Origin: Chlorokybus atmophyticus
Lineage: Eukaryota > Plantae > Mesostigma and Chlorokybus algae
Direction of reading: 5' to 3'
Assembly: GCA_009103225.1 (NCBI GenBank)
Contig: RHPI01003330.1
Span: 256,472 to 320,471, forward strand
Length of the DNA: 64,000 bases
Below the pieces are notes generated by a model. It had not been told where the DNA came from. It saw nothing but the letters and a program-made list of their open reading frames with translations, and ran no database searches. The position numbers and the translations under genes are program-made. Each line of letters opens with the position of its first letter. The stretch's first letter is position 1. This document shows, one piece after another, positions 55,301 to 64,000 of this stretch.

Positions 55301-58300
55301 CTCTCACACCCACCCACCCACCTTATCCACGACAGCAGGTTCCTCATGACCGGAAACAGCACCAAGTTGCAGTTGAAGTCGAGCATGTACCCTCCGGCCT
55401 TGGCGAACGGGTAGTACGGCCCGTACGGCCACACTTTGAGATTATTCACAGCGAAGAGCCACCCGTCCCAGAACAGCGCCGCGTTGAAGGCCGCGTACAG
55501 GAGGAGGAACCTTCTTCCTTTGGGAAGCCTGTTCCACCACTTTGACAGGAAGGAGGCGGAGGGGGTTGTGGTTGGGGAGGGGGAGCCGGGAGGGGAGGTG
55601 GAGGGGGAAGGTGTTGTTGTTGTTGTAGTGGTGGTGGCTACCAAGGCGGAGGCGCTGCTAGGGGTGGAGGGGTTGGCTCCTGTCACGGGGATCACTGTGG
55701 GGGCGCGCCAGAAGAGGAACTTGGTGAAGGGGGACTTGGATGGGCCCTGTTGCTCTGTAGGGGAGGAGAAGGGGGGGTGAGTGAGAGGGCCTGAAGTGAA
55801 TTGTGAGACGGCGAGTGTCGGGTGGATACGTGCGACACCAGAGTCACGTGACCATGTGTAAGCGTGCATGCGCATGTCCCTGCACTTTAAACACACACAC
55901 ACACTCCATCCCGCACACATACCCACCCACGCACACGCTGACGCACGCACATAACATCCCGCACACCTCACCTTGGAGGGCCTGTTCAAACTTGGTGGTC
56001 CCACCCCCCTCTCCCGTCTCTCTCACCCCCCTCGCAGCCGCCTCCCTCTCTCTCCTCCTCCTCTTCCTTATCCCCGCCCCGAACCATACCCCGGCCGCCG
56101 CCGCCGCCACCCCCGCGACCCCCCCCGTGGCTCCCCCCGCAATCGCGGCCGCCCGGCTCGCGGGAGTGATCACCAGAAACCCCTTCTGCGACCGGTTGGA
56201 GAAGTTGTTGTTGCGGGTGGAGGAGTAGGCGAAGGAACCGGGGGAACGGAGGGGGAGGAGACCCGCGTCGAAGTAGGCGGAGGCGGAGTTCAGGACCTGG
56301 GAGGGGGAGAGTGTGTTTGTGTGTGTGTGTGTGTGTCGCTCGTCAAGATGTACACAATGCTTGTGGGTGCACACGCGGGCAGCGCAAGCAGCCCTGTACA
56401 GTGTAGTTGTACTTGTGTCACTGCTGGCAGTGGTAGTGATGTACCACTAGGTGGTGGTGGTGGTGGTGGGAGTGCATACAGTAGTAGTAGCAGTAGTTGA
56501 GCAGTAGTATCAGCACACAGGACACATACACAGATACTGGCAGTAGCGGTGGTGGAGATAGTAGTAGCTGTGTTCACAGGCACAGCACCAGTACTGGTAG
56601 TAGCCATAGTGGTAGCGATAGTGGTAGTGGTGTACACACTGGTACTGGGACACAGNCGGATTATTGGTAACAGGACTCCTGTCATTATTCTCCCTCGAGT
56701 CCACCGACCTCAGCCCCGTTGTACTAGTAGTAGTAGCAGTAGCGCTACTCCCTACACCTGCCGTCGAGAGCTTGCCCGCGGTCCAGGTCTGGTAATCGCC
56801 AGTGGTGATGTTGTAACGGATGCGCAGGACGCACACGGACTCCTGAAGGCAGGAGGAACAACATGTTACTGGTGTTGGCATTGTGTTGTTGTGATTGGTA
56901 TTCTACCTGTAGGTTGAAGGGCGGGAGGGGGACTGTCCAGTTGTACGAGGGGCTGTCGTGTCCGGGGCCGGCGCCGTTGCCAAGGTGGTTGTCGCGAGAG
57001 AAGGGAGCAGCGGAGCAGTCTGCGTGCAATTGTAGCAGCATCAATATGTAGCTCAAACACGCACGCGCGCATGCATGGCCAACTGCAATCATCCTCACCA
57101 GGTGGTGCGATGCCATGCGCCGGGCCGGTGACCCACTGCGCCCCCGTGACGCTGGCCGCCTGGCACGCCGCCGGATTATTGTACGGCGCCTGAGTACAAT
57201 ACCCTGCAGAGAGAGACCCACCACTCGTTGGTCATCTCCTCACAACATGTCCAAACACCCACACCCCACACCTCTGCCCAGGACGTTCTCGGAGTTGGCG
57301 CGGTAGTAGCTGCATCGCGACGGGTCGGAGGTCAGCACGGCGATGTCGCGCCAGGGGGAAGGGTGCCAGTAGGGGTAGTAGTCGCGCTCCTCAGGACACT
57401 CGAGACCGTAACTGGGTGACAAAAGAGTGGGTGAGCGCATACGATGTGAGTGTGTGTAATCTCAGCCCGCGCGCGTGCACCCCGCGCAAAAGGGAACACC
57501 AACACATGCTTACTGCTACAGTGTACGTGCGTGCCTTTCCGCGTATGCCCGTGCACGTGCAATCGCGTGACCACGTGTGCACCCTCGCACGTGTGCACGC
57601 ACGCAGCGTGCTCAACCCACATGCGCGACCGCAACTGTATCCGCGCACACACATACAAACACGCGATCGTAGTCCCTCACCGATTCCCGTTATTGTTCTG
57701 TCTCGTCGCCGTCGCCCCCACCCCGTTATTCATCCCCCTATCCGCCGTAAACAACCCTTTGTTGCGCTCCCTCGCCAGGCAGTCGGCGTAGTGTCCCTGC
57801 GACTCGTGCATCCCGTACGTCGCGTTGAGGCTCTGAGTAGCGTCGTTGGGGACTGTATTTGTCGACTGGCCGTCGCGGAGGAGGGCGGAGGAGGGGGGAG
57901 AGGAGTCGCACATGTACTGCAATATCACCTGCAAGTGGGTGGGGATGTGGGTGGGTGTGCCAAGATAATAATTCACGCATGCGTGAATTTGTTTACGTGT
58001 GCATGTGCATGTAAGCACACATGGGTTGGGCGTGGGTGTGCACGCGCATGTTTACCTGTTCCTACACGTATGACTCTACACTACAGTTGCGTGAGCGTAG
58101 TCATAGCCATGCTATGTACGGGTACACTACGTATGCGTATATCTCTATATATAGATATGTGTCCAATTCTCTCAATTGTTCAGTGCTTGCCTCGCAGCGG
58201 GTCTTGAGGGGTCCGTCGATGTTCTGCTGTCCGCAGGCGTGCTGCATGGTCCAGCCGAGGTACAGCACGGACCCCGAATAGAAGTACATGATCCCTTGGC

Positions 58301-58515
58301 CCGCGCCGGGCTTGGACACATTGTACCTGTATGTGTGCGAGTGTGTGCTTGGTATCATGCGAGGTGTTGTGAGTGGGCAGCGGTGCTTACGTGTTGTCTG
58401 GGTTGAGGCAGTTTGGCTTGCAGTTGTCGCCGACCTGGTACCCGCCGTTGTCGTTATTCTGGGAGTCGAAGAGGCGATTGGCATTGCGACGGTTGTTCTG
58501 TTGCTGTTCTTGTTG

Positions 58516-58549
<34 letters not shown>

Positions 58550-58753
58550 NNNNNNNNNNNNNNNNNNNNNNNNNNNNNNNNNNNNNNNNNNNNNNNNNNN
58601 NNNNNNNNNNNNNNNNNNNNNNNNNNNNNNNNNNNNNNNNNNNNNNNNNNNNNNNNNNNNNNNNNNNNNNNNNNNNNNNNNNNNNNNNNNNNNNNNNNNN
58701 NNNNNNNNNNNNNNNNNNNNNNNNNNNNNNNNNNNNNNNNNNNNNNNNNNNNN

Positions 58754-58826
<73 letters not shown>

Positions 58827-59387
58827 TCTCTCCCCCTCTCCCTCTCCCTCTCTCGCCCTCTCTCTCCCTCGCCCTCGCCCTCTCTCGCCCTCTCTCGCCC
58901 TCTCTCGCCCTCTCTCGCCCTCTCTCGCCCTCTCTCGCCCTCTCTGTCACTCTCGCTCGCTCTCTCTCGTCTCTCTTTGTAACATCATTCTCATCAAACA
59001 GTTTAATGTACGTTTTCTTTGTTCGTCGTTTTCCCATGCAAGACCCCTGCCTACTGTGTGCATGCCTTTTATGAGTCAGCACAACGAGTCACCAACGAAG
59101 TGCAAACAACCTGACAGTAAACCCCTGCATGCAACGCCATGTCTATAACCTGACTCTCTCTGTGTGCGTACATGCACTGCTGCTTCATGAGTGAGTAATC
59201 ATAATTCACGTGTATGACCCCAATGCGTGCAACAGTTGCGAAACACCTCGTTGAGCTTGTCGTTGGAGCCCCTTGGAGAGTGCAGGTATATGTCGGCGAG
59301 GCAGGCGTGTGGAAGGGCCAACAATGCCGCCGCCAGAAGCAACAGCAGCAACGACAAGGATGACTGCCCAACCCAGTGAGAAGCCAT
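52381..59387 (-). CDS. DD3-3-family ectodomain fused to an NADPH oxidase (gp91phox/RBOH-type core); internal part missing at N 56656
   Basis: Signal peptide, then DD3-3 motifs [77 protein letters not shown] and [16 protein letters not shown] helix follows. NOX motifs: [17 protein letters not shown], heme His pairs FHQIVA..ALH and [55 protein letters not shown]. Confidence 0.88.
58550..58753. other. Assembly gap (N run) in intron 1 of DD3-3-NOX, flanked by (CA)n and (CT)n
   Basis: 204 N between microsatellites. Confidence 1.
58754..58945. repeat. (CT)n microsatellite followed by CCCTCTCTCG 10-mer tandem units
   Basis: Directly visible. Confidence 0.9.
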
Positions 59388-59703
59388 GTTGTTGTGTGGT
59401 TGGTTCCAACACCTACACCTCAGTCTAACGGCCTGTACTACAGACCGTTAGACTGAGGTATAATCGTATGCCGACCACGCTGCTATTGTAGCTGGATGTA
59501 TGGCATGCTGTAAGGTAATGTTGTCCTGGTTCTGTCAAACCAGACCAGGCCACCAGACTAACACCAGGCCAGGCCTGCGCACGTCAGCAGTGTAGCATTG
59601 TCACTGTCTCCAACTGCCAGGCTGGGGCGGCGGTACAGCATTGACAGTACCAGCACCTTCTAGCACCCTTTCCACCAACTTAGCGTCATGAGCCTCTCCT
59701 CTC

Positions 59704-61018
59704 ATGCTGCCTTCCCAGACCGCCGCCCATGTCACCGCCGCCGCCGTCTCCGCCGCAGGTGACGTGGCGCTCTTTCCAACTGCACGTGACCATCCGTACC
59801 AAACAGCAAACGGCTGCTTTTTCAGCTATTTTTGGCTCTCCGCAATCATACTGATACTATCACGTGACCAGCAGGGTCAAGCTGGTGGCTGACTCTCTGA
59901 CCAGGCGGCGGCGGCGGCGGCGGCGGAGGAGGAGGAGGAGGAGGAGGAGGAGGAGGAGAAGTTTGCGATTTTGAGGACGTGCGTGAGAGTGTATTAAAGG
60001 TGTTAGGCGCTGGTGTGGCGGTGCTGTGTTGAGCGGGTATATTCGCTGCTGCGGGGAGAGCGGGGTGGAGGCGAAGAAGGGGTGCGGTGCATGTTGTTGG
60101 CAACATGATGATGTGCTACGTGATGTGGCTATGAGAAGCAGCTGATAGCCACACCCCTACTCTCTATCTGCTTCTGGACTGACAGGTAAGCTGTGTGCAC
60201 ACAACACAACTTCAGAATTGCAATAGCCCACACTGTTGTACTTACTCCATACACCACTACGTCTTGAACATACTTTCCACGTTATCAGTAATACCATCGC
60301 AGCAACAAACACTGTGCTCACCACCAACACCACCATTGACTCTATCATCATCAGCAGCAGCGATGAGGCCCGGCGGCAGTGATCGCACATGGGACGAATG
60401 GGTGACGCGTGAGTTTCTGTGGGCGATGCGCGCAAAGGGAGTGTTGCCATCACCCGGGTCGCCCACAACAACACCGGGAACAACATCAACAACAACGACA
60501 GATGTGACGTCCCGTGAACGCCTCCTCAACGACCTGTACCGCGGGTCCGCGGAACGCATCTTCCCGGACCCGAAGCAAGTCGAGAAGAAAATCGCACGAG
60601 CCGTCACTTGGCTCAGGGAGCAGGTGAGCAAGGGCGATGTATATGTATACAAACATGCAAACAAAGACGAACACATGTGTACATATACAGGCTCGATACG
60701 CACACACGCACACACGCGCACACATACGCATCTGCTGTTACCCACTCTCACCCACTCCAACACCCGCAGGAGGCCTCAACAGCCAACGATGACTCCCCCG
60801 CCCCTCATGCCCCCAAGTCCAAGTCCAAGTCCAAGCCCAAGCCCAAGTCTTCCTCCTCCGCGCCGCCGCCCACGTCCACGCGCACGCGCAAGGTGCTGAA
60901 GCGTCGCGCGCGGGCGCTGACGGTCGAGCTGGCGGCCGCGAGGGGGGCGAAGGAGGACGCCGAACGGAGGCTGAGGGAGATGATAATGACGGAAGGGGTG
61001 GGAGGGGGAGAGTGTTAG
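59704..61018 (+). CDS. Hypothetical protein, about 227 aa, 5 exons, divergent from DD3-3-NOX
   Basis: Exons 59704-59758, 59905-59978, 60149-60185, 60355-60623 and 60770-61018 join in frame with GT-AG boundaries (684 nt). No family recognised. Confidence 0.55.
59904..59957. repeat. (GGC)n(GGA)n triplet repeat (poly-Gly if exonic)
   Basis: Directly visible. Confidence 0.9.
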
Positions 61019-61968
61019 GGGATGGAGAGGGTGGTAGGGGTAGTACTGTGGGAGAGATGGTTATTAGTAGTATCAGGGGCGTGTGTGTTAGTGTTGAGTG
61101 GTGGTTTGTAGTTTACAATGTAGGTGAGAAGGTTTGCGTTGTGGCAGAGGGTGATGGTGGGTGAGTGAGTGACTGGTGTGTCGCATGGTAAATGCTACTG
61201 ATGTGGACTCGCAAGCAGTGAGAATGCACAGGTTGCGTGTGTTACAACTGTGGCCTGTGCGAACCGCTGGTTGCGATGTGCTAACGTACCTTTGTGGCGG
61301 GTGTGAGTGGGCGTGTCACTCAGCAGCAGCAGCTGGACCAAGGGCTGGCGATGGAGAGGGCTACACACTAGTGGCTAACGTTGAACACTAGCATGCTGGG
61401 ACTGAGTATGCTTAGATACAATACAGCAATGCCACCCGAATAGCATGCTAACATGTCAGACAGAAAGTCAAGTTTGCCGTATGCAAATGCGTTACACACC
61501 ATTCTGTCCCAAGCGCGAAAATGAGGTTGTCGCAGTGCAAGTGTGAGGCACCGCATACATGGCGTAGGACAAGCACACAAGAACGTGCAACAGCCATTTC
61601 TGTTGTAATGAATGCGGTAGTCAGCGCCCTCCACCGATTGCTAACAACTGAGTGCCATCCGCTTCCAGTGTGTCTTCTTGACAGCGAATCACAGCATGCC
61701 ACCTGGGTTTAAACAATTGACAACACCGCAAGATGAGACATGTCCATGATGCAACCGCCTGCAACCATGTAAGAACCATCTACAGTTACAAATGGTGTTG
61801 TGGAAGACCACTTACAGTAGTATAGGGGTACAGGACAACGCAATGCAAGCGTAGTACATAGAGGTACTGCATTGCAATCTGAAAAAACTACAATGCTGTA
61901 TATGAAGAAGTCCTGGTTGTGCTGACCAAAGCAATAGTGGCTTGGCTTGGCATCGCTACTACAATGTG

Positions 61969-63849
61969 CTACGACTCGTCATCCTCAAACTGCTGCTCAT
62001 ACTCTCTTAACGACTTCTCGAAGTCCTCGTCATCATCTATGAAGTCGGGGTCGTCTTCGGGCAGCGCAATAACCTCCTCATCGTTGTCCCCATCAGCAGC
62101 ATCAGGCAGCTCTCCCTCCTCTTCTGCTGCCGCAGCCCGTGGGGGGTCAGGTTGTGCCGCTGGCGTGGTGCCAGCTGGCGTAGAGAGCTGATCGCTGGTT
62201 GCAGTGGAGTCCGGGTGTGCCGGTTGGCTGGTAGCAGCAGCAGATGGCCGCTGAAGTCTCGGTCGCTTCGGTGCGGCGTCCGCGGGCTTCCCGGAGGTGC
62301 TGGGCTGCTCTTCCTCGTCCTGCTGCCGCCGTTTGCGCTTGTCTTCCATGATCTCAGCAAACGACTTGGGAGCTATAAACTGCGACGACACAGCGGGGGC
62401 CGATTTTGCTGGTGATGCGGTCACAGATGGTTCTTTGCCCTTTTCAGCTTGCCTTAACCCTTGCACAGCAGCATCCTTCTTGCTCGCCTGGCCATTGCTG
62501 CCGGCAGGGTTGATGCATTGCTGTGGCGGAGTCAATCCGGGTAAGGTTTCCAGAGCTGCTTCAAGTGCTTTGGGCTTACCGCCAGCCGCCCTCGGCTGCA
62601 CCTTACCTCGCTGCGTGGTACTGCCCGCCTGCGGTGGTCGCTCGGGCACGGCTGCTGCTGCTGCAGCTGGTGAAGCGCTGCGCGCAGCACGCTTCTCAGC
62701 CAGAATCTCTGCCAAAGGCCTTGGTGGCTTGAATGGAGATGACTGCGTTGAAGCCTCTGTTTGAGGTCTGGACTTCACGCGCATCCCGGCTGGTGCAGCC
62801 GGCATTTCGTTCTCCAATCCAGCTGGTAACCTTTCAGCGATGACTGCGGGACGCCCATCCACTTTATCTTCTACGGCTGCCACGACAGCGTGCTGAAACG
62901 CTCGCGGGCCTCCTGGTCTCCTGATGCCCGCTGGCGCTTGCTGCCGAGCTGGACTGCTGCTGCCGCCAGGCTGGCTGTTGGATGGACCAGACTTCAAGTC
63001 ATTACTGCTTGCGACGCCAAGCCGCCCGGCCAAGCGTTTTGAGCGCGGCTGAATACCATTGAGCTGTGCTTCAGCTGCTGTGGCGCCAGCTCTGGCGGCA
63101 CGTAGACCTGCTTCGCTCCTCGGGTTAATGACATTGTTCTGTTGGGGCCGGTGGCGTGCAGTCTCCTGTTTCTGACTGGCCGCTGCTGGTGGCTGCTGCT
63201 CTTCCGCACGCTTGTTCGCTGACGTTGGGGCAGGTAAGCTTCCAGCAAGCGATGGTGGTTTGGCCTGCACAGCTTCTGTATCGTCTATGATGATGTTTGA
63301 TAGAGCAGACGCTGCTCCTGGATGAAGGAACGGGCATGCGTCTCCCTTTGTGCAGTTGCCTTGAAGAAAGAAGATGCAAGGTTTCTTGCGTGCGTCGGGT
63401 GGGCGGGACTGTCACAATCACGCAGTAGCGGCAGTAAGTCTACATGAACGTCGCAACTGTGGCCTATCTTTGACAAATGAGGACAAGCAGCATCTATGAT
63501 GATGGTCGTATAATCGCCATCCGCGAACGGACGCACTGCCAACTGCAACATGGGTGCGAATACGTTCTTCAAAGCAGGGCATCCGTACCGGATGCCGAAA
63601 GACACAGTCGGTTCTGGTGCACTGATGCTTCAGCCAGAAAGCACAAGTCACTGGGTTTATCTTGGCCTTCTCACTGTGACGAAACTCGCAGCCATCACCC
63701 TAGCAGCATATCATGCAATCAGATAATTGCACCATTACTTTCACACAACACATGAGTGCAAGCTGAGAATGTACAACACTTACATTTCTGCATGTCCCAC
63801 TGAGGAAGAAAACACAATCGGTGTTTTTCTTCTCGGCTTCAGTAGTCAT
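61969..63849 (-). CDS. Zinc finger CCCH protein (three N-terminal CCCH fingers, ZC3H11A/plant C3H17-like) with a long disordered C-terminus; 3 exons
   Basis: MTTEAEKKNTDCVFFLSGTCRN|GDGCEFRHSE, CAFWLKHQCTRTDCVFRHP and CIFFLQGNCTKGDACPFLH. The last exon continues into the 433-aa ORF, which ends in an acidic tail. Confidence 0.85.
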
Positions 63850-64000
63850 TGAGGGAACCCCAGCAGCAGACAGCCACACTCAAGCAGCTCCTGCAGAGAT
63901 TGTGTGTTAGAGACTGGGTTACGCGACTAGCTACAACTATTGCCTGCATCATCACACAAATCAGTTGGCACTGCTCCAGTGACAGATTGACTGCTGCATT

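Larger units (their letters stand above)
42546..56655. repeat. Direct tandem repeat of a 4851-bp unit: 42546-47396, 47397-52247 and truncated 52248-56655
   Basis: The ORF track repeats with a period of exactly 4851 and identical translations. The junction motif tgaaacaatc occurs at 42546, 47397 and 52248. The third copy ends at the single N at 56656. Confidence 0.97.

Noticed and set aside
42546-56655. The 4851-bp repeat as a transposon or LTR element
   Set aside because: It encodes only intron-containing NOX/DD3-3 exons, with no transposase, RT, terminal repeats or TSD.
42900-59150. Many ORFs rich in HTHT, VCVC, SLSL or RERE
   Set aside because: They are translations of intronic CA/GT/CT microsatellites.

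Overview
Intron-rich eukaryotic nuclear DNA from the green lineage. The genes are plant-type orthologues with short GT-AG introns and the standard genetic code; an alga, possibly an early-diverging streptophyte, is my inference. Gene order: NUP205 (-, runs off the left edge), exocyst SEC5 (+), TFIIIC subunit 4-like gene with an inserted Agenet/Tudor domain (+), two head-to-head GPI-type phytocyanins, CDC48 (-), about 5 kb of AT-rich decayed sequence, organellar isoleucyl-tRNA synthetase (-), a UTR7/SLC35D-like nucleotide-sugar transporter (+), a microsatellite-rich block at 42.5-61.2 kb, and a three-CCCH zinc-finger gene (-). The main discovery is in the microsatellite-rich block. It holds a multi-exon gene that splices in frame: signal peptide, then a DD3-3-family ectodomain, one TM helix and an EF-hand-free linker, then a complete NADPH oxidase (NOX) core. 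The layout is DUOX-like, with DD3-3 in place of the peroxidase domain. Its 3' half is present as three apparently identical 4851-bp tandem copies, probably an assembly artefact, and part of the DD3-3 domain is lost at a single N. An orphan 5-exon gene lies divergently about 320 bp upstream, with a near-perfect hairpin between the two. Exon models were built by hand from splice sites and reading frames. Family assignments are motif recognition from memory, not database searches.
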